Shown here: positions 1 through 10,329 of the stretch, piece by piece
Position numbering within the stretch: the first letter of the stretch is position 1
Layout: every line of letters starts with the position of its first letter
Notes under the pieces: generated by a model
What the model was told of the DNA's origin: nothing
What the model saw: the letters and a program-made list of their open reading frames with translations, nothing else
The model's database searches: none
From: Nannocystales bacterium
Lineage (GTDB): Bacteria > Myxococcota_A > Polyangia > Nannocystales > Nannocystaceae
Reading direction: 5' to 3'
Length of the DNA: 64,000 nucleotides
NCBI GenBank assembly: GCA_050633305.1
Contig: JBOEGF010000032.1
Span: 224,001-288,000 of the forward strand
Program-made: the position numbers and the translations under genes

Positions 1-158
1 CGAGGTCCGCCGCGCCTGCAGCCGCGCGGATCACCGGGGCCAGTTTGACCGCCTCCGGTCGCGTGCCGACCACCACCAACACCCGCTTCACCCGCCCAGC
101 GTATCAACGAATTGCCGGCGCTTCGCATGGCAGTGGCGTCGAAGGTAGGGTTCCGCAG

Positions 159-2825
159 ATGCGCGCACGCTCCGTCACGCTTCTGACCGCCACCCTCGTG
201 GCTTCGGCGTGCGGCGATGGCCCTGAGCAGTCGCCGGCCAAGCCGACGGTCGCCGCGCCTTCAGCGGACTCCGCCTGCGACGAGCCCGCCCCCGCCCTGG
301 CCTGGACCCTCGAACCCCGTTCGGATGGTTCACTCGCCCTGAGCGTCGACCGGTCAACCTTCTTGGTGCTTCGACACGGTGCGCTGCGGGCCGCGGGAAG
401 CAACGCCAAGCCTTCGGTTCGCAAGCTCCCCTCCGAAGCGGACACCCTCGCCTTCGAGGTCACGTTCGAGTCCCTCCCGGTCGTGATCCGAGGGCTCGCG
501 AGCCTCCCCACGCCGTCCCAAGTCCGCCTCGAATACACGTTCGAGGCCCGGCAAGCGTTGCGAGATGTGCTGGGTGTCGGCCTTCAGGTCGACCTCGACG
601 CGCAGACCTGGTCGCTCCCCACCGACGCGCTGGAGATCATCGAGGGACGAGACCTCCGGGTCTCGAGTCCCGCCCTCGGCCAGGTGGAGGTCGCCTTTGA
701 TCGCGACGGAGCGGTTCCTCGCACCGCCCGCGATCACACTCGCCCGACCCGGGTTCGCTCGGCCTGGCTCGCTGGCGATAGCCCGGCGGGTACCACAACC
801 GCGGCGGTCACCCTCACGGTCCCTGGGACACTCGCCCTGCAGCCTCCGCTCGCCGCACGGTACGGCCCCCGAAACCTTGCGCAGTGGCACCGCGACGCCT
901 TGGTTCACGACGATTGGCCCGTCGACCTCAGCCACCTCAATGCCGCACACGGCCGTGCCGGAAGCCACGGCCCCGTGCGCGTCGACGGAGAGAGCCTGCG
1001 CTTCGAGGATGGAACAGAGGCGAGATTTTGGGGCACCAACCTCGCAGCATCCGCGCTGTTCAAGGCCGACGACGCAACGATCATTCGCGAGGCCAAACGG
1101 CTCTGTGCCCTCGGCTACAACCTCGTCCGGCTCCACCACCACGATGCAGCGTGGACGGATCGCAACGTCTTCGACACCTCCGAAGGCAACACCCAGAAGC
1201 TCGACGCCAAAGCGTTGGACCGCCTCGATTTTTGGATCGACACCCTGGCCTCCGAGGGCATCTATGTCTGGCTCGACCTGCACACCGGGCGCAGTTTCCT
1301 ACCTGGGGATGCGATCCCCGGATATGCCGACATGCTCTCGGGTCCCCACCCCAAGCAGGCACGAGGCTTCCAGTACATCAACCCACGGGTCGGAGCCCTG
1401 CTCGAAGGATTCGCGGAGTCGTATCTCCGCCGCAAGAACCCCTACACGGGACGTCCTTGGGCGCAGGAACCCGCGGTGGTCGGCCTCCTTCTCACCAATG
1501 AAAACGACCTGACGCATCATTTTGGTGTCGCATTTCGTCCAGAGACCGGCCGCGAGACCCACATCGCGCTGTTCGACGCGCTCGCGAAGGACATCACCGC
1601 CGAGCTCGGTCTCCCCAGGGACGCAGTGCGCAGCGTCCATCGACCTGGCCCAGGGAAAGTCCTGCTCGCTGAGATGCAACATCGTTGGGACGCACGCGCC
1701 CTAGCCCACCTACGCGGGCTTGGGGCCACGGCGCCCGCGGTGACTACGAATTTCTGGGGCTACGAGTCCTTGCTCAGCCTCCCGCCACTGGCCTCGGGGG
1801 ACATGCTCGATGCCCACAGCTACGGAAAAACGGAAGCGCTGAGCAAGAACCCGCACCGCACAGCGCACTGGCTGCACCACATCGCGGCGGCCCAGGTCTC
1901 GGGCAAACCGCTGACCGTGACCGAGTGGGCCGTCCCCAAACCGGCCGCCGATCGACACAGCGCGGGACTGTGGATCGCGGCGTTGGGCGGTCTTCAAGGT
2001 TGGGATGCCCTGCTGGCGTACAACTACGCCCAAACCCCCCTGGCTTCGGCCCCCACTCGTCAGACCCAGTGGGACCAGCGTGTCGATCCGGCGCAGCTGG
2101 GCCTGGCGCCCACCGCCGCGTTGATGTTCCGCCGGGGCGACATCGCCCTCGCGCGGACAACCACCGCGCTCGTGCCGTCGCTCGACGCCGTCTACGGTGC
2201 GCACACCAGCCCGAAACGTCAGGCTTCGCTGAGGACCGCGGCCGAGCAGACGCGGATGGTCATCGTGTTGCCCGACCATCCGCAACTCGACTGGGACACG
2301 GCAGGCACCGTGCCAAGCGGCGCCACCGTAGTCACCGACCTCGACGAAGACTTGCTCGATCCGTCCGCCACCTCGATCCGTTCGGACACCGGAGAGCTGG
2401 AACGAGACTGGACCCAAGGCGTTCTTCGCATCGACAGCCCACGAGTCCAGGCAGCGTCCGGATGGCTCGGCGGCAAGACCATCACCCTCGGAGACCTTCG
2501 GGTTCGGGTCGAGACCCCCACGGCAACCGTGTCGGCGATCTCCCTGGACGACGCCCCCCTCGCCGGAAGCCGGCGAATCCTCGTGACCGCGGTCGGCCGG
2601 GCCGAACCGCAGCCGGATGGGCACGTGCGGAGCGAGCCGATCTCCGGTGAGATCGCGCTTCGCACGCAGTCCAACGTGAAGATCGCGGCCCTGGGGGCCC
2701 GATCCCGAGCGTGGGATATCCCCGAGGACGCCGAAGCCATCCCCGGGACGCGGGAGGGCGCCTGGGTGCGCCTTCCCCTTCCCGATGCGCCCACGCACTG
2801 GTTCATCCTTGTTTTGGGCCCCTAA
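159..2825 (+). CDS. Secreted/lipoprotein glycoside hydrolase, clan GH-A (GH5-like), probably polysaccharide-associated (EpsB-like)
   Basis: Motifs RFWGTN, YNLVRLHH, GIYVWLDLH, NEN (putative acid/base Glu) and VTEW (putative nucleophile). The lipobox-like LVASAC follows ATG 159; the ORF track start at 45 is probably too long. Confidence 0.75.
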   Translation: MRARSVTLLTATLVASACGDGPEQSPAKPTVAAPSADSACDEPAPALAWTLEPRSDGSLALSVDRSTFLVLRHGALRAAGSNAKPSVRKLPSEADTLAFEVTFESLPVVIRGLASLPTPSQVRLEYTFEARQALRDVLGVGLQVDLDAQTWSLPTDALEIIEGRDLRVSSPALGQVEVAFDRDGAVPRTARDHTRPTRVRSAWLAGDSPAGTTTAAVTLTVPGTLALQPPLAARYGPRNLAQWHRDALVHDDWPVDLSHLNAAHGRAGSHGPVRVDGESLRFEDGTEARFWGTNLAASALFKADDATIIREAKRLCALGYNLVRLHHHDAAWTDRNVFDTSEGNTQKLDAKALDRLDFWIDTLASEGIYVWLDLHTGRSFLPGDAIPGYADMLSGPHPKQARGFQYINPRVGALLEGFAESYLRRKNPYTGRPWAQEPAVVGLLLTNENDLTHHFGVAFRPETGRETHIALFDALAKDITAELGLPRDAVRSVHRPGPGKVLLAEMQHRWDARALAHLRGLGATAPAVTTNFWGYESLLSLPPLASGDMLDAHSYGKTEALSKNPHRTAHWLHHIAAAQVSGKPLTVTEWAVPKPAADRHSAGLWIAALGGLQGWDALLAYNYAQTPLASAPTRQTQWDQRVDPAQLGLAPTAALMFRRGDIALARTTTALVPSLDAVYGAHTSPKRQASLRTAAEQTRMVIVLPDHPQLDWDTAGTVPSGATVVTDLDEDLLDPSATSIRSDTGELERDWTQGVLRIDSPRVQAASGWLGGKTITLGDLRVRVETPTATVSAISLDDAPLAGSRRILVTAVGRAEPQPDGHVRSEPISGEIALRTQSNVKIAALGARSRAWDIPEDAEAIPGTREGAWVRLPLPDAPTHWFILVLGP

Positions 2826-2917
2826 CGCACCGACCGGTTTGAATTCGGCCTGCAACGCACGCCTCTGGCCGTTTCAAACCGATCGCCGCTCTAGCCGATC
2901 TTGTGGTCGTCCTTTGC

Positions 2918-2946
2918 TTGGAAGCGGCGGGTGTACGACATAGAAT
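2918..2946 (+). promoter_or_regulatory. Putative sigma70-type promoter TTGGAA-N17-TAGAAT
   Basis: TTGGAA 2918-2923 and TAGAAT 2941-2946 with a 17-nt spacer. This favours GTG 2993 as the kinase start. Confidence 0.4.
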
Positions 2947-2992
2947 GGCGGGGTCGTACCCCCCCACTGGGCACGGCGGACGAGAGCAACGC

Positions 2993-5900
2993 GTGTCTGA
3001 CGAGCGGGCAGCCTTCGCAGGACAGATCACCGACCTCCCGGTGGTGGAACTCCTACGAACCATCTCCAATGGGAAAAAGACGGGAGTCGCCCGTTTTGAG
3101 ACGAACCTCGGCACGGCGACCGTGTGGTTTCGAGAGGGCACCCTCGTCGACGCCGACATGGGGCGGTTCCACATGGGCGACGCGGTCCGGCGACTGATCG
3201 CGACGGATGCAGGCTCGTTCGAGGTTGAGTTCAAGCCCGTCACCCGCCGCCGATTGATCCAAGAGAACACCTCGGATCTCCTCGCGCATACACCCCAGCC
3301 CGCGTCCAAACCCACAGCGAAACCCGCCCCCGCGACGGGGTCTAAGCGGGAGTCCAAGCCCAAGCTTCCGCCCTTGGCCGACGATGCCCGCACTGGGCCG
3401 AGACCTCGGACACGCGCCGCCGCGGGATGGAAACCGACCGCCGGTGGCACGGGTCGCGATGGTGGCGCGGGAGCGGCGTCGCCCGACATGCTGCGCCGCC
3501 TCGAGGCGCTCCGGCGGGCGGCCGATCGTCAGCCACCTCGCCCGGACGTCCTGAACACGACCGCGGCATTGGGGACCCGGAGCCCCGTGAAGTCCGAACC
3601 GACCGGGCGCTCCACGGGCGAGACCCCCCAAGCCGGCCTCGAAGCGCTCAACCGCCTCGCGCAGAAAGCTGCCAAGACCCAGGCAGATCCAGCGAGTTCA
3701 GCCACATCGCCCAACGCGCCGGAGCCCAAGGCTCCGCGGACGGAGCAGAACGGTCCCCCCGAGGCGGAGCGCCAAACAGATCGCGCCCAAGGCCGCGGCG
3801 GCCGCCTCGACGCCGTCCCCCCGGCCACACCGCACGCCACCCCGGCCACGCCGCCTCAGCCGATCGAAGTTGAGAGCGAGCTGGATCTCGAGATGGCCAC
3901 GCGAGCGGTTCAGGCACCCCAAGCACCCCAGGCGACCCCCGCCCCCGCGGCGGCCCCATCCACGCCGAGCCAGCCGGAGCCGGCCCCGCCTCCCCCCGCG
4001 ACGCCGCGCGAAGCCGTGACCGCGCGGCCGGGACGAAGTCGGGGTCCACGGCCGACCGCGGCGATCGAGTCCCGTCGAGCCAAACGAACCTCGTCCGGCA
4101 TTCCCGCGCAGTCAAGCGCTCGCACCGGCGAGACCACGACCCCCGGCCGGACCAAGAAGGACGCCAACGGTTGGACCTTCGTCGATCCCAACCTCGCGAA
4201 AGAGGCCCAGGTCGAAGAGGACCACCGGGCCGACCAGACGATGATGCGGATGGGTCCGCTTCAGCTCCCGCAGGCCGCGAGCAAACGTCCGGGCGGAAAG
4301 CGGAAGCCCCCACGCGCGCAACCGGCGAATCGCCAGGCACACCCGACCCGGGTCGATCCATCGGAGGACCTGAGCGACCCGCTGCCCATCGGGACATCCT
4401 GGTCTGCACCAGCACACGTCGCAGCACCGCGCAGCAAGCCGATCGACAGCGAGCGCAACGACTCCGCTGGCGGTGAGATCGGAAAGGGCAGCCGACCCAG
4501 CGCCGGAAAGACCGTCGTCGCGTTCGCCCCGGATGCGCCGTCCAACCCGGATCCCGGCGGCACCATGACCCACGGGTTCCGTCCGATCACCGACGCCGAG
4601 GGTCCCGACGGCCAGGTACCCGGGCCCAACGCCGCAGGGCTCGCCCCTCGCAGTCCTGCGGCCCCCAAGCGAAAGCCCAGCGGGACGACGCCGCCAGGAG
4701 ACGCGACGAGTGCCGGCGGTGGCGCGCAGGTGGGCCGCTACGAGGTCCTGCTGCGGATCGCCCGAGGCGGCATGGGCACCGTCTACCTGTGCCAGGTCAC
4801 CGGCACCGGGGGCTTCCGCCGCCTCTTCGCACTGAAGGTCATTCGCGACCATCTCAGTCGCAACGAAGAGTACGTGCGGATGCTGCTCCAAGAAGCACGC
4901 ATCGCCTCCCGGCTGCACCACCCCAACGTCGTCGGCATCGTCGACATCGGCAACCTCGCCAACCAGCACTACCTGGTGATGGACTACGTCGAGGGCTGCA
5001 CGCTCTCCGAGCTCCTCAAGGTTCACCGCAAGACACGACCTCCACACCTCATCATTCCAATCGTTCTCGATGCGCTCACGGGTCTACACGCAGCGCACTC
5101 GCTGACCGATGACGATGGCTCCCCGCTCACCCTCGTGCACTGCGACTTCTCTCCGCAGAACATGCTCGTGGGCACCAACGGGATCTGCCAGATCACCGAC
5201 TTCGGGATCGCGCGGGCCTCCAACGCGCTCCCCGAGCGGTCAAGCATCACCCGCGGCAAGCCGGCCTACCTCGCGCCGGAGCAGATCACGGGGCGGCCAT
5301 TCGATCATCGGGCCGACATCTTCGCGTCGGGTGTCGTGCTGTGGAACGCCCTCACCGGGGAGCAACTCTTCAAGGGCGACACGCCCGAGGAGGTGCTCGA
5401 CAAGGTGCTCAACATGCAGATCCCCGCGCCGAGCACGGTGGGCCTGCGCCCACCCAAGAAGCTGGACAAGGTCGTACTGCGCGCCCTTGAGCGCGACCCT
5501 GCCCGGCGCTACCAGAGCGCCGAGGAGATGCTGATCGAGCTCCGCAAAGTCGCGATCGGCAGCGACCTGCTCGCCCCGTCCAGCGAGGTGGCGCAGTGGG
5601 TCGCGGACACGTTCGGTGCCCAGCTCGAGCTTCGGCGCCAAGCGGCGGGGCTCTCCCCCAACAACACCGCGTCGGCAAAGCAACCCGCTGCACCCGCAGA
5701 GGTGACCGCGCTCGCCCTGCGAGACGACGCACCGGGGGCGGACGACTCCGCCACGCATGCGTTGCTCTCGCACCAAGGCCCGGCCTCCGATGCGTCGAAC
5801 ACGATGATGCTGCAGTCGGGCAAGGCCCCTGCTGCCGCTCCGACGGAACGGGCGAGCGATGCGGTGCTCGGCGACCGCGCGCGAAAGATCGTCATTGGGA

Positions 5901-6502
5901 TGGTCGTCTCCGCGTGCGCGACCCTCGTCGCGATCGCCGTCGTCCGTCCGGAACTCCTGACCGGCGGCATGCTCGACGAGGGCGGCGAGTACATCGACCT
6001 GGGCCCCTCGGAGGGCGACCCCAACTTCGACGAATCCCTCGATGATCCGGCTGTTGCCCCGAAGCCAGCGGCCAAGCCCGCGACACCCAATGATCCCAAG
6101 GCCCCCAAGGCCCCCGAGGCCCCCAAGGTCGGCGCCGAGGTCCCAACGCCCGGGACGGATGTCCCCGAGCCCCCCCCCGCCGACCTCGACCCGCTCCCCG
6201 AGTTGACGCCGGAGCCGGTCGAAGAACCCAGCACCCCGCGACCGGAAGCGCCGCGCAAACCGACGACGCCCAAGTCAGGCGACAAGCCGGCCAAACCCGC
6301 GACGCCCAAGCCCGGCAGCAAGCCGGCCAAGCCCAAGTCGGGCGGCGAGACCTCGAAGAAGCCCAAGGCTCAGGACAAGCCCGGGGCCCAAGGCAAGCCG
6401 AAGGCCGACGACAAACCCAAGGCCGACGACAAGCCCAAGTCCGACGACAAACCCAAGGCCGACGCGCCCGAGCTGCCCAGCGCGCCGAAGTTCGACTTCT
6501 GA
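2993..6502 (+). CDS. Membrane Ser/Thr (Hanks-type) protein kinase with N-terminal DUF4388/PATAN-like domain, long Pro-rich linker, one TM helix and a Pro/Lys-rich C-terminal tail
   Basis: Kinase motifs RGGMGTVY, FALK, HPNVV, HCDFSPQN (non-RD), DFG, YLAPEQ, DIFASG. The N-terminal FAGQITDLPVVELL...KKTG...WFREG pattern is DUF4388-like. TM segment IVIGMVVSACATLVAIAVV. Start uncertain (2903/2945/2993). Confidence 0.9.
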   Translation: MSDERAAFAGQITDLPVVELLRTISNGKKTGVARFETNLGTATVWFREGTLVDADMGRFHMGDAVRRLIATDAGSFEVEFKPVTRRRLIQENTSDLLAHTPQPASKPTAKPAPATGSKRESKPKLPPLADDARTGPRPRTRAAAGWKPTAGGTGRDGGAGAASPDMLRRLEALRRAADRQPPRPDVLNTTAALGTRSPVKSEPTGRSTGETPQAGLEALNRLAQKAAKTQADPASSATSPNAPEPKAPRTEQNGPPEAERQTDRAQGRGGRLDAVPPATPHATPATPPQPIEVESELDLEMATRAVQAPQAPQATPAPAAAPSTPSQPEPAPPPPATPREAVTARPGRSRGPRPTAAIESRRAKRTSSGIPAQSSARTGETTTPGRTKKDANGWTFVDPNLAKEAQVEEDHRADQTMMRMGPLQLPQAASKRPGGKRKPPRAQPANRQAHPTRVDPSEDLSDPLPIGTSWSAPAHVAAPRSKPIDSERNDSAGGEIGKGSRPSAGKTVVAFAPDAPSNPDPGGTMTHGFRPITDAEGPDGQVPGPNAAGLAPRSPAAPKRKPSGTTPPGDATSAGGGAQVGRYEVLLRIARGGMGTVYLCQVTGTGGFRRLFALKVIRDHLSRNEEYVRMLLQEARIASRLHHPNVVGIVDIGNLANQHYLVMDYVEGCTLSELLKVHRKTRPPHLIIPIVLDALTGLHAAHSLTDDDGSPLTLVHCDFSPQNMLVGTNGICQITDFGIARASNALPERSSITRGKPAYLAPEQITGRPFDHRADIFASGVVLWNALTGEQLFKGDTPEEVLDKVLNMQIPAPSTVGLRPPKKLDKVVLRALERDPARRYQSAEEMLIELRKVAIGSDLLAPSSEVAQWVADTFGAQLELRRQAAGLSPNNTASAKQPAAPAEVTALALRDDAPGADDSATHALLSHQGPASDASNTMMLQSGKAPAAAPTERASDAVLGDRARKIVIGMVVSACATLVAIAVVRPELLTGGMLDEGGEYIDLGPSEGDPNFDESLDDPAVAPKPAAKPATPNDPKAPKAPEAPKVGAEVPTPGTDVPEPPPADLDPLPELTPEPVEEPSTPRPEAPRKPTTPKSGDKPAKPATPKPGSKPAKPKSGGETSKKPKAQDKPGAQGKPKADDKPKADDKPKSDDKPKADAPELPSAPKFDF
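6395..6463 (+). repeat. 18-bp coding tandem repeat (KPKADD) in the kinase C-terminus
   Basis: aaggccgacgacaaaccc-like units, about 3.5 copies. Confidence 0.7.
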
Positions 6503-6563
6503 GCCGTCGCGCCCCCCGGGGTGCGCACGCGCGCCGTCCGTCAGCGGGTTGGGAGCCGGCGGC

Positions 6564-8033
6564 TCAGCTTGCGCCCTTGTGGAACAAAACCGTCGGCACG
6601 GTCTTCAGCAGGATCTTGATGTCGAGCCAGAAGCTCCAGCTGTCGATGTACTCGAGGTCCAGTTGCATCCACTCGTCGAAGTCGACCTGGTTGCGGCCAC
6701 TGACCTGCCACAGCCCCGTGAGTCCCGGTTTGACCGAGAGACGGCGACGCTGCCACGCCTCGTAGTCGTCCACCTCCGACGGCAACGGAGGCCTCGGTCC
6801 TACGAGACTCATGTCGCCCATCACGATGTTGAAGAACTGCGGAAGCTCGTCGATGCTCGTCTTGCGAATGAACCGACCGACCGCGGTGATTCGTGGATCC
6901 CGCTTGATCTTGAACACCGGCCCGCCCATTTCATTGAGGTGCATCAACGCGGCCTTCTTGGCCTCGGCGTCGATCACCATCGAGCGGAACTTGTACATGG
7001 TGAACTTGCGACCGCTGCGACCCGCGCGGACCTGCTTGAACAGTACCGGGCCCTTCGAGTCGAGCTTGATGGCCAGCGCCGCGACGATCATGATCGGGCC
7101 GGCGAGGACGATGCCGACCACACCGCCCAGGATGTCCAGCAGCCGCTTGCCCACCAACTGAGCCTCTGCCGTCGGCGTTCGGCGGAGTCCGATCATCGGC
7201 TGGTTCACGCCCGAGACGTTCGCCAGCTCCATCTTGCCGCTCGCCGGAACCTGGGGGGGAAGCGTGAGAAGCACGTCGACGCCTCGGTCGTCGCACGCGG
7301 AGAGCGCCTCGCGGAACGTGTCTGGAGACTTTCCGGGGACCGCGAAGACGACCTCATCCACTGGCATCCGGTCCAGCAGGGCATCCAAGGAGCCGACATA
7401 GCCCAAGCGGGGACGGGCCTGTGGGCTGCTCGACTCGCCCATCACGCCAACGAAGCCCTGAATCTCGAGCCGGATCGGGCTTGCTTCGCTGAGCTGTTGC
7501 GCGAACTCGACCGCCCGCGGGCCGGTTCCGACGATCACCACGCGGTGGGCGTCACCGCGCCGGCGCCGGGCCATACGCACGGCCTCCAACAGCAGCACCC
7601 GACCCGAGGTGAGCGCGATCAACTGAAGCACCGCGAACAGGATCACGAACGTCCGAGAAATGAACGTCAGCTTGAAGAGGAAGGCGAGCAGGATCAGCAT
7701 CCCGACGCCCATCGTGGCGGCCTGTAGGTATCGCCACGCGATGCGACGGTGCGCGATTCGGAAGTCGTAGGACTTCGTGTACTGGAGCGAGAGCGCCCAA
7801 AGCGGCAGCAATGCGAGCAGCAGGAGCTGGTAGTCCTCCGGCGCCAAAGGCGGGGGACGCTCCCCGTACCACGCAACCACGCGGCGCACGAAGCCCGACA
7901 CCTCGGCGGGATCGCGAGCGGCCTGTCCCACCCAACTACGGAGGAACAGAGCGAGAACGAAGGCCCCGGCGCTGACGATCGTATCGACCCCCAGGAGCAC
8001 GCGACGGACAAAGGTGGTTCTGCGACGCCACAT
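6564..8033 (-). CDS. Priming polyprenyl-phosphate hexose-1-phosphate transferase (WbaP/WcaJ/EpsZ-like)
   Basis: N-terminal TM helices, a CoA-binding-like VVIVGTG segment, and a C-terminal Bac_transf domain (KRLLD, YKFRSM, DPRIT, RKTSIDELPQ, GDMSLVGPRP, KPGLTGLWQVSGR). Confidence 0.95.
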   Translation of the reverse strand: MWRRRTTFVRRVLLGVDTIVSAGAFVLALFLRSWVGQAARDPAEVSGFVRRVVAWYGERPPPLAPEDYQLLLLALLPLWALSLQYTKSYDFRIAHRRIAWRYLQAATMGVGMLILLAFLFKLTFISRTFVILFAVLQLIALTSGRVLLLEAVRMARRRRGDAHRVVIVGTGPRAVEFAQQLSEASPIRLEIQGFVGVMGESSSPQARPRLGYVGSLDALLDRMPVDEVVFAVPGKSPDTFREALSACDDRGVDVLLTLPPQVPASGKMELANVSGVNQPMIGLRRTPTAEAQLVGKRLLDILGGVVGIVLAGPIMIVAALAIKLDSKGPVLFKQVRAGRSGRKFTMYKFRSMVIDAEAKKAALMHLNEMGGPVFKIKRDPRITAVGRFIRKTSIDELPQFFNIVMGDMSLVGPRPPLPSEVDDYEAWQRRRLSVKPGLTGLWQVSGRNQVDFDEWMQLDLEYIDSWSFWLDIKILLKTVPTVLFHKGAS

Positions 8034-8273
8034 AGGTGGGCAAGGCCAGACGAGCGCAACCGGGCGGCGGGACCGAGCGAAATGCGCAGCGACCGCGACC
8101 GAGGGGCATGGTGTCAGGTTTCGACGACCGTGAAAAGGCCGAGAACGCGCCTCATGCGTTCCCGATCGTGACCCGACGATGGGTCCCGCGGAAGCCCGCG
8201 GCGCGGTATGCTAACCACCTTCCCGAGCCCGATGGTCAACTCGAATCGAACTGGCCGAACTCTCGTTCCCGGC

Positions 8274-10277
8274 ATGCAACACGCCTCCCAGGGCACCGGC
8301 CACGGTCTCGGCGGCCCGGCTGGGGGCGCGGGCGGCAATGGAGCGGGCCTCGACGCCATGTTGGAGGTTGTCGGAGACAGCCCCGCGGCGGGATCGGCCC
8401 ACGCGTTCTTCCTCGTGATCAGTGGGTCCGAACCGGGCCGGCTTCACGTCCTGGAAAAACAGGAGCTGGTGATCGGTCGCAGCAAATACGCCGACATCCG
8501 CATCAGCGAGCGGGCGATGTCCCAGCAGCACGCCAAGGTCGTGCAAACCGCGGAAGGACATCGGCTCTACGACTTGGGCTCCACCAACGGGACGTTCGTC
8601 AACGACAACCAGATCGAGTCCGTCGACCTGCGTGCGGGCGACGTCGTCCGCACCGGTGAGACGGTGTTCACGTACATGGCCTCGGGCTCCGGCGCCCCGA
8701 TGGATGGTGGCGTTGGCGGACGTGGCGACAGCACCGTCGCCCTCCCCAACCGGCCACGAGGAGCCGCCCCGCCCCCCGCCGCAACACCCCTGATCGCTGC
8801 GCCACTGCCGGGCGCGCAGCCCACCGGCGGCGGTGCACTGGCCCTGCGTTCACAGGTTGCCCCCGCCGCGGTGGCGATGACGCCTCAGGTCATCGGTGTC
8901 CCCGCCGCCGCCCCCGTCGACGAGGAGAGCGATCCCATCGGGATGCTCATCAAGGTCCTCGACTTCGCGAAGCGGTATTGGCTGCAGATCGCGATCTTCA
9001 CAGTCCTCGGCGCCGGGTTGGGCGTCGCGAGTTACAAGTTCGCAAAGCCGCCGGCGGTCGCCACGTTCGAGGTGCAGCTCATCCAGCCGCCGACCGACAA
9101 CATGATGACCAAGGGCCGACGGATGAACTTCGAGTTCTTCCGGTCCGCCCAGAAGAGCTTCCGCCGCCCGGCGATCATTCGCGCATCGCTCGAGGCGCTC
9201 GGCGAAGAAGACTCCTCGCAGAACCGACTGCGGAAGGTCCGCGACTCCCTGGTCTTCAAGCAGGCCAACCGTCGGCAAGCCAAAGATGTCTACGAAGGCA
9301 GCTACAAGGCTGCAACGGCTGACGACGCGCTCGAGTACCTGCGCGTCCACCTCAAGATCTTCATCGATGCCGAGATCGACAAGGCCATGAAGGTCTTGCA
9401 CGTCGAGGTGGAGACGCTGGAGAAGAAGCTCAAGCAGGCGGACGAGGACCTCAGCGCCACCGAGCAGGCGGTGATGGCGTTCCGCCAAGAGCACAGCGAG
9501 GGCCTGCCCGAGCAAGCCCAAGCGATGTACCAGGAGTTGATGACCCTGCGCTCCGCGAAGGGAGCCACGGCGGGCGCCGTCACGCGGGCATCCGAGGAGC
9601 TTCGAAACCGACGCAAGCAGCTCAAGTCCAAGGCGCCCGAGTTGCAGACCCGCATCGACCTGGCGCGCCCCTACGAGGACTCGATCTCCGAGATCAACCG
9701 ATCCCTGGGAGAAGCCCGGGCAGCAGGGAAGGCCTCCCAGCACCCCGACGTCATCAAGCTCAAGCGACAAAAAGCCAGCCTCGAGAAACAGCGGGATCAG
9801 GTCCTCAAGAACGGCGGCAGCAAGATCGTTCGCGAGAGCAACCCGGCGTATGAGGGCCGACGTGAGGCCAAGGACTCGGCCGAGGCTGAACTCCGAATCG
9901 CACAGTCTCAGCTCGGTCGCCTGACCAACGACATGGACCGGGCCAAGAAACTGGTCGCGGCGCTGCCCAGGCTCCAGCGCGAGTACGCGGAGCTGACACG
10001 CAGCTACGAGGCCACCACCGCCGTCCGCAAGCGCGTGTTCGACAACCTCGAGTCGAGCCGGATCCAGCTCGACCTCGAGCGCGCGTCCGCTGCGACCCGG
10101 TACGACATCACGACGCCGCCGAACGTCGAGCCGGTCAAGAAGGTCAAGACGATCGTTACACGGGCGGGCGCGCTGGGCATCCTCGGGTTCGGGTTTGCGA
10201 TTTTCCTGGGCTTGCTGCGCGACCTCCGTCGGGTGCTCGCCACCCGCATGGCACAGCGCGGCTCCGGGCGCGCCTAG
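8274..10277 (+). CDS. FHA domain fused to a Wzc/GumC-like polysaccharide co-polymerase (EpsV-like), without a BY-kinase domain
   Basis: FHA motifs IGRS, SQQHA and GSTNGTFVN; TM1 WLQIAIFTVLGAGLGVASY; long coiled coil with FRQEH, HPDVIKL and LPRLQREYAELTRSY; TM2 near the C-terminus, then a tail of about 20 aa. Start uncertain (8208/8232/8274). Confidence 0.85.
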   Translation: MQHASQGTGHGLGGPAGGAGGNGAGLDAMLEVVGDSPAAGSAHAFFLVISGSEPGRLHVLEKQELVIGRSKYADIRISERAMSQQHAKVVQTAEGHRLYDLGSTNGTFVNDNQIESVDLRAGDVVRTGETVFTYMASGSGAPMDGGVGGRGDSTVALPNRPRGAAPPPAATPLIAAPLPGAQPTGGGALALRSQVAPAAVAMTPQVIGVPAAAPVDEESDPIGMLIKVLDFAKRYWLQIAIFTVLGAGLGVASYKFAKPPAVATFEVQLIQPPTDNMMTKGRRMNFEFFRSAQKSFRRPAIIRASLEALGEEDSSQNRLRKVRDSLVFKQANRRQAKDVYEGSYKAATADDALEYLRVHLKIFIDAEIDKAMKVLHVEVETLEKKLKQADEDLSATEQAVMAFRQEHSEGLPEQAQAMYQELMTLRSAKGATAGAVTRASEELRNRRKQLKSKAPELQTRIDLARPYEDSISEINRSLGEARAAGKASQHPDVIKLKRQKASLEKQRDQVLKNGGSKIVRESNPAYEGRREAKDSAEAELRIAQSQLGRLTNDMDRAKKLVAALPRLQREYAELTRSYEATTAVRKRVFDNLESSRIQLDLERASAATRYDITTPPNVEPVKKVKTIVTRAGALGILGFGFAIFLGLLRDLRRVLATRMAQRGSGRA

Positions 10278-10329
10278 AGAGCACCCTCGGCCCGCCCCCG
10301 CGGGTCCGGGGCGGCAAAGCCGGTCCGGC

